In this document: one piece after another, positions 28,518-37,975 of the stretch
How the letters are laid out: each line of letters opens with the position of its first letter
Position numbering within the stretch: the first letter of the stretch is position 1
Assembly (NCBI GenBank): GCA_963666985.2
Contig: CAXXIA010000002.1
Span: 192,001 to 256,000, forward strand
Direction: 5' to 3'
From: Spirochaetia bacterium
GTDB taxonomy: Bacteria; Spirochaetota; Spirochaetia; DSM-2461
DNA length: 64,000 bases
Notes under the pieces: generated by a model
Databases searched by the model: none
What the model saw: the letters and a program-made list of their open reading frames with translations, nothing else
What the model was told of the DNA's origin: nothing
Program-made: the position numbers and the translations under genes

Positions 28518-29729
28518 TCAGTCGTCGCTTTCACCCGAATCATCGAGAATCCGCGGATCGGCCGCAACAACGTCAACCGCGGAGACTTCGGGAGAGGGCT
28601 GAAAATCATCTTTCATGGGAGAAGGCTCGGCCATATGCACCACGCGCTGAGGAAAAGGAATCTCGATTCCGGAGTTTTTGAATGATCTCCAAATTTCCAT
28701 ATTGGTCCAACTCATGGCATCGGCGCGGTCGGCGACATCACGAATCCACGTCCGAAGCTGCATGGTAATCCCGGAGTCGGCGAAATTCATTACCCGGACG
28801 AAAATATTGGATGAAGGCTGCAGCCAGGGATTCTTTTCGGCTACCGTCCGAAGCACGCTTGAAACTTCATCCAGATTGGAATTATAAGAAACATCCACTT
28901 CGTTAACAATGACGACACTCCGATCCTTGTAGCTGAAATTGTGAATGGTGCCGCCCGTCAGATGACTGTTGGGAATAATGAGGGTTTCATTCTCGAAGGT
29001 CAGCAGTTCCGTATTCATCAGCCTGATTCGCTTGATAATCCCGTCGAAGTCGTCGACACGAATACGATCTCCCTCCTTGAGCAGTCCCATGCTGATAAGG
29101 GTAATTCCGGCAAAAAAGTCGGCTACCACGGATTGGAGACCGAAGCCGATACCAATACCGAGAACACCGAAAAGAACCCCGATGACCGATAGATCGATAC
29201 CGATAATGGAAAATCCGAAAAGAAAAACCAGGACCATTACCACGTAACGCAGGAGCCTGCCGATGGTGAAAGATTGTTCGGCATCAAGACCGAAGCGCTT
29301 AAGAGGTCTCGCCTGAAGACCGCGGTCAACAAGGCGGCCTGTCCAGCTGGCAACGGCGACAACGGGGATGATGAGTATAAGGGTGACGACGGAAATGGCG
29401 GTATTGCCGCTGCTGAAGAAAGGCGTATTCAAAATACGGAAGAAATTCCCGAAGGCTTTCCACGCCTGAGCACCCATCAGGGAAGTCGCCGCCAGAATAA
29501 TCCCCAGGACCAGCATCAGCCTGACAAGACGGCGGGACCAGAGAAGGACAACGTGCCGACGCTCTTCTTTTACATATCGGGTGCTGATGCGCCGTATGAC
29601 GATGGAAATAATCAAAACGGCCAAAAACATCCCAACAACGGGAACGGCAAAACGAAGCAGTAAGTCCTTCATGGAAAAAGGTAAGCTGTGACTCCCGATA
29701 ACGACGGTTTTATTCAGCCATTCACCCAT
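28518..29729 (-). CDS. Mechanosensitive channel MscS family
   Basis: GIGIGFGLQ, GDRI, IPNS, FADSG, IEIPFPQR. Confidence 0.95.
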   Translation of the reverse strand: MGEWLNKTVVIGSHSLPFSMKDLLLRFAVPVVGMFLAVLIISIVIRRISTRYVKEERRHVVLLWSRRLVRLMLVLGIILAATSLMGAQAWKAFGNFFRILNTPFFSSGNTAISVVTLILIIPVVAVASWTGRLVDRGLQARPLKRFGLDAEQSFTIGRLLRYVVMVLVFLFGFSIIGIDLSVIGVLFGVLGIGIGFGLQSVVADFFAGITLISMGLLKEGDRIRVDDFDGIIKRIRLMNTELLTFENETLIIPNSHLTGGTIHNFSYKDRSVVIVNEVDVSYNSNLDEVSSVLRTVAEKNPWLQPSSNIFVRVMNFADSGITMQLRTWIRDVADRADAMSWTNMEIWRSFKNSGIEIPFPQRVVHMAEPSPMKDDFQPSPEVSAVDVVAADPRILDDSGESDD

Positions 29730-29896
29730 CAGATTCTCCTTTGGTATCGGGCCGTTTCATTGCCGAACGGCATGCCGCATCATACACCATTCCCCGATAT
29801 ATACATTACTCTCATCCGTAAGAAAACAATCCCCTCCGGCGATTCGGTCTCCGCCGGTCTCCGCCGGCATTAGGAGCGCCGAAGCCTTGATAAGGA

Positions 29897-31369
29897 TTAG
29901 CCCTCTCTTGCGAACGCTTCGGCTTTCGAGGCCATCTCTTCATCCAGGAACCCCGCGGCCAGCCCCGCCTGCAGAAGATCCTCGATTCTCGCCCAGGAAT
30001 GAAGCCGGATACCGGCGGATTCCATGTCACGGCGGCCCAGGGTTCCCCGTTCTATAAGCACCACAAGATCACCAACCGCCAGACCCGCTTCCTTGAGAAC
30101 CGCCGCCGCCTCGCGCTTGCTGCCTCCGGTTGTAATCAGATCATCAAGCATAACGGCACAATCCCCTTTCTTCCAAACACCTTCCACGCGGGCTCCGGAG
30201 CCATGTTCCTTTTTTTCAAGCCGCGGAAAAATAAGGCTCATGCCGGAAGCCAGCGAGGCGGCGGTCGCCAGCGGCAAAGCGGCTACCGGGATACCGGCGA
30301 TATGGTCGGCTTGTATGCCCGCGATAAGCTCCGCGTATGCCCGTCCCGCCAATGCAAGCAGACGAGGTTCGGCGCCGATGCGCCTTAAATCGATGTAGAA
30401 AGGTGATATTTTTCCCGACTTAAGAAGGAACTCTCCTGTGCGGAATGCACCGATTCGGAAAAGTCCTTCCAGAAGTTCCCGGCGTTCGTCTTCGGAAAGA
30501 ATCACGAAGCTCTTGGAAGATGCCGCTTTTTCATCGGCGGTATCGCTCTTCCCCGACTTCACGGCACCCCGATGTTTTCGTGCCTCGTCAAGAACATCCC
30601 GAAGCTCCTCGGCGGCCGCGGCCGGATCGGAAGCATCGGCAACCGAACGGCTGGCCGAAACAAGAACGCCGAATCCGTCGCTTCTGGCTCCGGCGGCCAC
30701 GGCCTCATCGGCGTTTCCGCCCTGTGCTCCAATCCCCGGAGCCAGAAACCAGGTTTCCGGATGGCGTTCGCGCACCGAAGCAAGGATGCGCGGATCGTTT
30801 CCCGCCACAACCAGCCCCACCGACGGGGTTTCGGACTTGCGATTCCAGCTTAAAACCTCATCGGCGACGGCCAGATAGAACGGTGTTCCATCATCCAGAA
30901 TTCGTTCTTGAAGAGCGCCGGCGCCGGGATTGGTGGTACGGCAGAGAAGAAAAACACCCTTATCCTTCCGACTCATAAAAGGCTCGACCGATTCGCGGCC
31001 GAGATAAGGCGACAAGGTAACGGCAAGAGCGCCGGGTCTGTCGAGAAGGGCCTGGGCATAGGCCTCCGCGGTGGAGCCGATATCACCTCTTTTGGCATCA
31101 AGGATAATCGGGAAATCAGGATCGATAGTTCGAATATAATCAAGGATCGCTTCAAGAGCGTTCCAGCCCGAGGCGCCGTGACGTTCGAAAAACGCCAATT
31201 GCGGTTTAAAGGCGACGACGAAAGGAGAACAGGCGTCGACGACTCTGCGGCCGTAGTCAACCAGTTCATCGAAAGAGTCGTTACTCTTCTCAATTCTGGG
31301 ATCAATCCCGACACAAAGCGGGCCGCCTTTTTTCCGAGCGGCGGCTTCCAGCGATTCAAAGAAAGTCAT
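29897..31369 (-). CDS. pyrF-pyrE: Bifunctional OMP decarboxylase - orotate phosphoribosyltransferase fusion
   Basis: LCVGIDP, DAKRGDIGST, PGIGAQGG then F.LKSG..SPFYIDLR, LDDLITTGGS. Confidence 0.93.
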   Translation of the reverse strand: MTFFESLEAAARKKGGPLCVGIDPRIEKSNDSFDELVDYGRRVVDACSPFVVAFKPQLAFFERHGASGWNALEAILDYIRTIDPDFPIILDAKRGDIGSTAEAYAQALLDRPGALAVTLSPYLGRESVEPFMSRKDKGVFLLCRTTNPGAGALQERILDDGTPFYLAVADEVLSWNRKSETPSVGLVVAGNDPRILASVRERHPETWFLAPGIGAQGGNADEAVAAGARSDGFGVLVSASRSVADASDPAAAAEELRDVLDEARKHRGAVKSGKSDTADEKAASSKSFVILSEDERRELLEGLFRIGAFRTGEFLLKSGKISPFYIDLRRIGAEPRLLALAGRAYAELIAGIQADHIAGIPVAALPLATAASLASGMSLIFPRLEKKEHGSGARVEGVWKKGDCAVMLDDLITTGGSKREAAAVLKEAGLAVGDLVVLIERGTLGRRDMESAGIRLHSWARIEDLLQAGLAAGFLDEEMASKAEAFAREG

Positions 31370-31590
31370 GGGCGCCAGTATAGCCCGTATCCTTCAGGAG
31401 ATAAATCGGCGAAAAAATCGAACGGAACGGACCGATAAAGCGGCCCGTTTTCTCATACCACAAACCGCCGGGATTTCCCGTCCGCTTCTGATCCGTCCGC
31501 TTCCAATCCGCCCGAATTGAAAGAACCGACCGCCGACCGCGCCATCACCGCTCATCACCGCGGCCGCCGGCATAGCCCAAGCCTCTTTTA

Positions 31591-33312
31591 TCAAACACCC
31601 TCAAGCCACAGAACCGACCAGGGATCGAGTTCGATACGGCCGTCCTTTACGGTAATCCTGTTACCGCCGATCAGATCCCTCAAAGAATCGGCGGCCGAAA
31701 AATCACCGGGAATATCGACAAGCTGCGGCTCGCCCGATACAGACTGCAAACACAGAACGGAACGTCCCTCCGAGGAGGTTCGAATCAAGGCGAAAAGAAG
31801 AGGTCCCAAATCCAGAATCTTCTGCGCGGCCGCGGGATGAAACGCGGAATGGCCGCTTCGGGCCTTCAGCATTTTCGCGTATCCGGTGAAAATTCGATGC
31901 CGAAGACCGGAGGAATCATCAAGTTCGGCGATTAAGTCATCGTACGAAAGTTTCTCCCGGTTGATGGTGCGGTTTACTCCGGTAATGCCCACGCCGTCTT
32001 TCCAATTTCCCGATCCCAAGAGGCTGTGGATATAGATTCCGGGAACTCCGGCCATGCAGAGCATCACCGCCTGCGAAGAGAGGAACTTCGCGGCCCGCCG
32101 GTCAACGGGCAGAGTCTCTTCGGCCACGGCATCTCTGTAGCTGATATTCAATTCGTACGGAATATCCCCTTCCGGCGTGGATTTGTAGCTCACCAATCCG
32201 CCGCGGGCCTTCACCGCCGCCACGAGTCCTTCCAGCTCGGACTCATCCAGATATCCCCGGGAGGGAAGCACGCCCACCCCGTCGTGAGAGGCCAGGAAAT
32301 TAAAGAACGTGTAATCCGGATTCGGCGCGGGAAGCGTCGAGGCCCATGCGGTCAGCTTCGAGGCATCTCCCCGAATGAACGCATCCAGCGTAAGCGGCGG
32401 CAGCGTGAACTGATAGACCATATGGGCTTCGTCCGTACCGTCGCCGAAGTACGAAATGTTCTCTTTGTGAGGTACGTTCGTCTCTGTGATGAGAATAACC
32501 CCCGGGGCGACTTCCGCCAGAATCAATCGGAACAGCTTCACCATTTCATGGGTTTTCGGATGGTGCATGCAGGTTGTGCCGATTTCCTTCCACAAAAAGC
32601 CGATGGCATCCAGCCTGATAATCCGAATACCCTTTTTCACGTAATCCAAAAGGATGTCGACGAACTCCAGAAAAACATCCGGATTGGCGAAATTCACATC
32701 CACCTGATCCCGGCTGAAGGTGGTCCAGACAAGTTTCTTCTCTCCGGCGACATCGAATTCATGAAGAAGGGGAAGCGCTCTGGGCCTGAAAACAGCCGAA
32801 AGATCGGTTCCCGGTTCCACCGTAATGAAATACCCGGAGTATTTTTTATCGCCCTCCAGAAACTTCTTAAACCACGTTCCTTTGGCGCTGCAATGATTCA
32901 AAACCAAATCCGCCATAAGACGGAACGACGAAGCGATGGCGGAAATTTGCGGCCAATCGCCCCAATCTGGATTAACCTGCCTGTAATCCATTACGGAAAA
33001 ACCGTCGTCCGATGAATACGGAGAAAAAGGAAGAATGTGGATTCCGGAAACAACCCCGTTCAGCTTCTCATCGGCGAATTTCTTCAGCGTATCCAGAGGG
33101 ACTTCTCCGGGAGACTGAACATTATCGCCGTATGTAATCATCACCGCATCGCCCTCATCCGCGGGGATGCCGCCTCCCGGAGCACCGGGAATCTTCGGAA
33201 GATCCCTCCGCCATTTCTCCATCAGTGCGTTCAGGCGGGTTAATGTTCCGCCGCCGATTTCGTTTCCATAGATGTAGTCCAGTTTTTCCTTTATCCGCTT
33301 ATCCATGTACAC
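31591..33312 (-). CDS. GH13_18 sugar phosphorylase, glucosylglycerate-phosphorylase-like
   Basis: LVLNH, RLDA, ITETNVP, ASHDG, PYELN. Confidence 0.88.
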   Translation of the reverse strand: MYMDKRIKEKLDYIYGNEIGGGTLTRLNALMEKWRRDLPKIPGAPGGGIPADEGDAVMITYGDNVQSPGEVPLDTLKKFADEKLNGVVSGIHILPFSPYSSDDGFSVMDYRQVNPDWGDWPQISAIASSFRLMADLVLNHCSAKGTWFKKFLEGDKKYSGYFITVEPGTDLSAVFRPRALPLLHEFDVAGEKKLVWTTFSRDQVDVNFANPDVFLEFVDILLDYVKKGIRIIRLDAIGFLWKEIGTTCMHHPKTHEMVKLFRLILAEVAPGVILITETNVPHKENISYFGDGTDEAHMVYQFTLPPLTLDAFIRGDASKLTAWASTLPAPNPDYTFFNFLASHDGVGVLPSRGYLDESELEGLVAAVKARGGLVSYKSTPEGDIPYELNISYRDAVAEETLPVDRRAAKFLSSQAVMLCMAGVPGIYIHSLLGSGNWKDGVGITGVNRTINREKLSYDDLIAELDDSSGLRHRIFTGYAKMLKARSGHSAFHPAAAQKILDLGPLLFALIRTSSEGRSVLCLQSVSGEPQLVDIPGDFSAADSLRDLIGGNRITVKDGRIELDPWSVLWLEGV

Positions 33313-33448
33313 CTCGCTTCCGTCCGCATATATCTATCATAAACGTTCGGAAGATTGATTCCAGGAAAGAATTTAAAAAACCATCGTCTGCGCGGCGGAT
33401 TAAAAATTCGAACAAGCCGCTTCTTTCCGGTTCAAAGCGGCATTGATA

Positions 33449-33964
33449 TCATCCCGCCGCCCAGAACCTCCAGGCCATCAGAATCAAAAGAACGAATCCG
33501 GCGATAAACTTATAGGCGATGGCCGCTGCTTTTCCCAAAACGGCGCCGATACCGGCCTGAATACTCTCTTCAGGGTCGCGCCGGGAAAAGAAATATTCAA
33601 AAAGAAAAGTCAGCGCGAAACAGCCGACGAACACACCGATTACCGATCCGATTACGGGAAAAAACATGGAACCCAGGATTCCTCCGAGAAAACCTCCCAG
33701 AGCGGCTCCCCACATTCCCGCTCGCCCGGCGCCCGTTTTTTTGGCCCCGGCCGCACCGAATATCTGATCAAGGATCTCTCCCGAAACGGCAATCATCAGA
33801 AAAATGAAAAACCACATCCAGGTAAAATCCGTCCCGTTTCCGGTAAGAACGGCGACGAGGGAACCGGCCGCGGGAACGAAATTCCCCGGAAGCCCCAGCA
33901 GATTCAGCAGAACCGCCAAAGAGGAAATGACGAAAATGACGATTTCCCAAACAAGCAAATCCAT
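33449..33964 (-). CDS. DUF456 family membrane protein
   Basis: LPG, GAKK.GA...MWGA..G, Gly-rich TMs; start at 33964 preferred. Confidence 0.8.
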   Translation of the reverse strand: MDLLVWEIVIFVISSLAVLLNLLGLPGNFVPAAGSLVAVLTGNGTDFTWMWFFIFLMIAVSGEILDQIFGAAGAKKTGAGRAGMWGAALGGFLGGILGSMFFPVIGSVIGVFVGCFALTFLFEYFFSRRDPEESIQAGIGAVLGKAAAIAYKFIAGFVLLILMAWRFWAAG

Positions 33965-34046
33965 AATAATGATTATCGCATTATCAGCCGTACTCCGGTA
34001 TGCTTGAAGCCTCGATAAAGTGCGAATCAACCTCCTGATGTGATGC

Positions 34047-34192
34047 CCCGGTATTTCTCGCACAGAACGGCGGCTGATGGAAACGCATCGTTTAACTGCG
34101 AACGTAACCGGCGAGACGCCAATATACCATCCCTCGGCCTCAATTCGTTCCATTGAGCCGCCGTTTCGCCGTCTTGGAATTTCAGGGACACC
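34047..34192. repeat. Structured dispersed intergenic element, copy B
   Basis: Homologous to 6391-6537 in the same orientation; outer stem AACGGCGGCT..AGCCGCCGTT; ends GGGACACC. Confidence 0.85.
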
Positions 34193-34384
34193 GCACTATG
34201 TTGAAAAGAACCCTCATGATTCCTTCGGGAAGATGAGTTAAGCTTGAGTAATGCAGTTGGAAAAAATTGAACATTATCATGCCGTTTTTCTCCGGAACAT
34301 AAATCCCTTCAAAGAATGTTGCTTGACGTCAATCCATAATTGTTTATTCTCAAAGTACAGATAAAGACGTACCGGAGTTAACGT

Positions 34385-35662
34385 ATGGCTAAAAAACGAA
34401 TCGGCTTTATTTCCTTCCGACTTGCGGGAACGGACGGCGTATCGCTCGAAACCGCGAAATGGGCCGCCGCCGCGGAACAGCTGGGCTGTGAAACTTATTT
34501 CATGGCGGGAGAACTGGACACTCCGCCGGAAAAATCCTTCCTTGAAGAAAAGCTCCATTTCCAGCATCCGGAGATCAAGGACATTTACAATGAATCTTTC
34601 GGCAAAGTTTCCAGAGATCCTTCTCTGACATTGAAAATTCATGAAATGAGATCGTATCTCAAAACAGCTATTTACAATTTCATAAAGAAATTTCAGCTGG
34701 ATATGATTGTCCCGCAGAATGCGCTGACCATCCCGCTGAATATTCCGCTGGGATTGGCCTTAACCGAAATTATTGCCGAAACGGGAATGCCCGTTATTGC
34801 GCACCATCATGATTTTTTCTGGGAGCGAAAAAGATTTCTGCGCAATTGCGTCTGGGATTACATCAATATGTGTTTTCCTCCTCACTTGCCCAACATCGAG
34901 CATGTCGTTATCAATACCTCGGGACAAAACCAGCTCGCCCTGAGAACGGGAATTTCTTCGGACCTGATTCCCAATGTCATGGATTTCGAAACAGGCCCGC
35001 CGCCTGTGGATGAATACATCACCAATGTCCGCGCCGAATTGGGAGTCGGCGAAGACGAATTATTCATTCTCCAGCCCACTCGAGTCGTTCAAAGAAAAGG
35101 AATCGAACACGCCATCGAATTCGTAGCCCGGCTGAAACAGAAAGCGGTACTGGTTATTTCACATGCGTCCGGCGACGAAGGCTTCGAATATCAGACACGG
35201 GTAAAAGAATATGCGGAAATGATGAAAATTCGTGCCCTCTTTGTCGACGATATCATTCAGGAGAAACGAGGGCTTACCGAGGACGGCCGTAAAATCTATG
35301 TTCTTGAAGACATCTATCCGCATGCGGATTTGGTAACCTATCCTTCTCTCATCGAAGGATTCGGGAACGCATTTTTAGAGACGATTTGGTTCCGCAAACC
35401 CATTCTCGTGAATAATTATTCCATATACGCGACGGACATCAAACCGAAAGGTTTTCAGGTTATCGAGATGGACAACTTTATCTCAAAACAGACCATTGAA
35501 ACGGCCAATAAGGTGTTAAGCGATCGAGCCTTATCCCGGGAAATGGCCGAAACCAACTATGAACTCGGCAAGCGCTACTACTCATATGGCGTCCTTAAAA
35601 GCCAGCTTCATGCGCTCCTCACCAGATTCTGGGGCGACCACTACTGCGATACGACACGATGA
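34385..35662 (+). CDS. GT4 glycosyltransferase, mannosylglucosylglycerate synthase (MggS)-like
   Basis: DGVSLE..KW, HHHDFFWER, FPP.LPN..HVVIN, PNVMDF, YPS..EGFGN as recalled for Thermotoga MggS. Confidence 0.82.
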   Translation: MAKKRIGFISFRLAGTDGVSLETAKWAAAAEQLGCETYFMAGELDTPPEKSFLEEKLHFQHPEIKDIYNESFGKVSRDPSLTLKIHEMRSYLKTAIYNFIKKFQLDMIVPQNALTIPLNIPLGLALTEIIAETGMPVIAHHHDFFWERKRFLRNCVWDYINMCFPPHLPNIEHVVINTSGQNQLALRTGISSDLIPNVMDFETGPPPVDEYITNVRAELGVGEDELFILQPTRVVQRKGIEHAIEFVARLKQKAVLVISHASGDEGFEYQTRVKEYAEMMKIRALFVDDIIQEKRGLTEDGRKIYVLEDIYPHADLVTYPSLIEGFGNAFLETIWFRKPILVNNYSIYATDIKPKGFQVIEMDNFISKQTIETANKVLSDRALSREMAETNYELGKRYYSYGVLKSQLHALLTRFWGDHYCDTTR

Positions 35663-37188
35663 AAATAGCTCTGTTCCATTACCATCTTAAGCCCGGCGGC
35701 GTAACGGATGTCGTCGTTTACTCGGTTCGTTCCCTTCTTTCCCGAATGGAAAATCTCTCCGAAATTCGTCTGGTTACCGGAGATGCGGAAGGAACCGAAG
35801 ACGTCCTGGATGCCATTCGAAGCAACCTGGATAGAAATATCGCCGATAAACTCCGAATCGACGTTCTGGAAGAACTCGCCTATGTTGAAACCGAAGACGG
35901 TCCCGATGCCGTGAAGTTGGCCGAGCGTCTGGAAGCCAGGTATGGTGAAGATACTCTCTGGTGGATTCATAACTACCACATTGGAAAAAATACGGCCTTT
36001 ACCGCGGCCGTTATGAGCATCGCCGAAGCGGGAAAACGTGACATGCTCCTGCATATCCACGATTTTCCCGAATGCGGACGGTACGAGAACCTTAAAAAAC
36101 TGGATGAGGCTCTTCCCAAGCCGCCCTATCCTTCGGGCCCGAGGGTTAGGTACGCGGTTATCAACGAACGGGATCAGCGGATACTGGCCGATGCGGGACT
36201 GGAAAAATCCGTATTTCTCCTTGCCAATCCGGTACCGCTGAATCCCCTTTCCGAAGCGAACCCGGACGGAGTTCGTCAAGCGCTGCTGGAAAAATGCGCA
36301 AAGGACAACCCGGCGTATATCGACGGTGCTCCGCTCATCCTCTATCCGGTTCGGGCCATACGGCGAAAAAATATTCTTGAAGCCGCATTGATGGTCCGGC
36401 TTCTTGAAGAACCTTCAAACCTGATACTGACTCTGCCCGGTGTATCCGCGCAGGAAAAGCCGTACTCGGATCTGGTCGCCAAGGCGTTTCGAGACGGGCT
36501 GATACCCGGAATCTGGTGTCCCGAGGCAGCGGGAGACAAACGTCTCTCCTATCGGGTTCTTACCGCTTCCTGCGATGCCGTCATCTCAACGTCGGTGCAG
36601 GAGGGATTCGGTTATCTGTTCTTAAATGCCCTCCATTGGAAAAAACCGCTTCTGGCCCGTTATTTGGACATCCTCGACGGGATCTTGGATTTCTTCGGTG
36701 AATATCCGAGGCGATTCTGGGCGGATTTCCGAATTCCGGCGAATAAAGACCTGGTTTCGCGGACAAAGAAGGCTTATGAAGATAAAATCAAGACGATCGC
36801 ATCTTCTTTATCCGATAAATCCGTTAAATCAATAAAATCGACTGTTGGGAAATTGGCCTCCGGGGGAGGAATCGATATCTCATTTCTCAGTGTTGAAGAT
36901 CAATTGGAAGCATTGAGGGCGGCTCGCGACGATGCGAATTGGATCGAAGAAACAAAACTACTGAATAAAGAACTCCTGGACTCCATCGGCAGAACACTCA
37001 TGGCCCGGCCGCCGGACATGGATCGGACGATAGAGGCTCATTTCGGTGAAGGTGCCTATATTCGCAGCTTCATGGAGATCGTTTCGGATTTCGGCGAAAA
37101 AGTGCCGACGCCGCCGGCGGCGAAGGTGCGCGAATCGGTTTCCAAGGCATTCGGCAGAATCGACAATATCCGGCTGATCTACGATTAA
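35659..37188 (+). CDS. GT-B (GT4-like) glycosyltransferase
   Basis: HYHLKPGGVT.V, HIHDF, YPVRAIRRKNI, S.QEGFG. Confidence 0.8.
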   Translation: MKIALFHYHLKPGGVTDVVVYSVRSLLSRMENLSEIRLVTGDAEGTEDVLDAIRSNLDRNIADKLRIDVLEELAYVETEDGPDAVKLAERLEARYGEDTLWWIHNYHIGKNTAFTAAVMSIAEAGKRDMLLHIHDFPECGRYENLKKLDEALPKPPYPSGPRVRYAVINERDQRILADAGLEKSVFLLANPVPLNPLSEANPDGVRQALLEKCAKDNPAYIDGAPLILYPVRAIRRKNILEAALMVRLLEEPSNLILTLPGVSAQEKPYSDLVAKAFRDGLIPGIWCPEAAGDKRLSYRVLTASCDAVISTSVQEGFGYLFLNALHWKKPLLARYLDILDGILDFFGEYPRRFWADFRIPANKDLVSRTKKAYEDKIKTIASSLSDKSVKSIKSTVGKLASGGGIDISFLSVEDQLEALRAARDDANWIEETKLLNKELLDSIGRTLMARPPDMDRTIEAHFGEGAYIRSFMEIVSDFGEKVPTPPAAKVRESVSKAFGRIDNIRLIYD

Positions 37189-37258
37189 ATAGCCGCTCTG
37201 GGGCTTGAAAGGTGCAGGCAAGCCGCATCCGGTCACCTCAGGCGGTTGTAAAAACGGT

Positions 37259-37975
37259 CTATTTCCTGCCGTAACCGAATAATTTCCGAAAAAGATCGCT
37301 CATTCCCCGATGCTTCTCCGGCAAGCTCTTCCCGGTGAATACCGAAACATCATCTTCTCTTCCGACGATCAGCAAAATGTCTTCCGAACTCAGCCTGTAT
37401 TCGGGAACAAAAAATTGGTAATCGCCCTCGCCTCCTCGGCGAAAGGCCACGACATTGATGCCGCGAGTTCGGCGGACATCGGTTTCCAGGAGCGTCTTTC
37501 CAATCAGCTCGGGGGGAACGCCGGTTTCGGCCATAACCAAGCCCCCGGAAATCGGCAGATAGTTAAAAAGAATGTCCGAAACCAACAGCGGCGTAACTCT
37601 CTTGGCGGCTTCATAATTCGGAAAAACAACGTGATCGGCTCCGACAATGGATAAAATCTCACCATGCTGTTCCGTTTCGGCTTTCACGATGATTTTCGAC
37701 ACACCCAGTTTGCTCAAATACTGAGTAACCAGGATGGATGCCTCGATTTTATCTCCCAAATCCACAACAACGGCATCGATGTCCGAAGGAATCAGCTTGG
37801 TAACCGTTTCCTCGTTGATTACGTCGGAGATGTACGCCGCCGTGACATCGTTTTTGTAAAAATCAACGACATCCGGATCTTTATCTATCAGGATAATTTC
37901 ACAATCCAGCAGGATGAGCTCTTCCAAAATACGCTTTCCAAAGGTACTTGCCCCAATTACGGCATACTGCTTCAT
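37259..37975 (-). CDS. ktrA: K+ uptake regulatory subunit (KtrA/TrkA, RCK_N + RCK_C)
   Basis: YAVIG..TFG, GADHVVFP, C-terminal RCK_C. Confidence 0.9.
   Translation of the reverse strand: MKQYAVIGASTFGKRILEELILLDCEIILIDKDPDVVDFYKNDVTAAYISDVINEETVTKLIPSDIDAVVVDLGDKIEASILVTQYLSKLGVSKIIVKAETEQHGEILSIVGADHVVFPNYEAAKRVTPLLVSDILFNYLPISGGLVMAETGVPPELIGKTLLETDVRRTRGINVVAFRRGGEGDYQFFVPEYRLSSEDILLIVGREDDVSVFTGKSLPEKHRGMSDLFRKLFGYGRK

Noticed and set aside
31440..31570. Short repeats (CCGTCCGCTTC x2, CATCACCGC x2; also GGTCTCCGCC x2 near 29847)
   Set aside because: Short slippage-type duplications with no shared consensus or structure
33965..34153. N-terminal extension of the DUF456 ORF
   Set aside because: Runs through the non-coding repeat element; the hydrophobic family-like sequence begins at 33964
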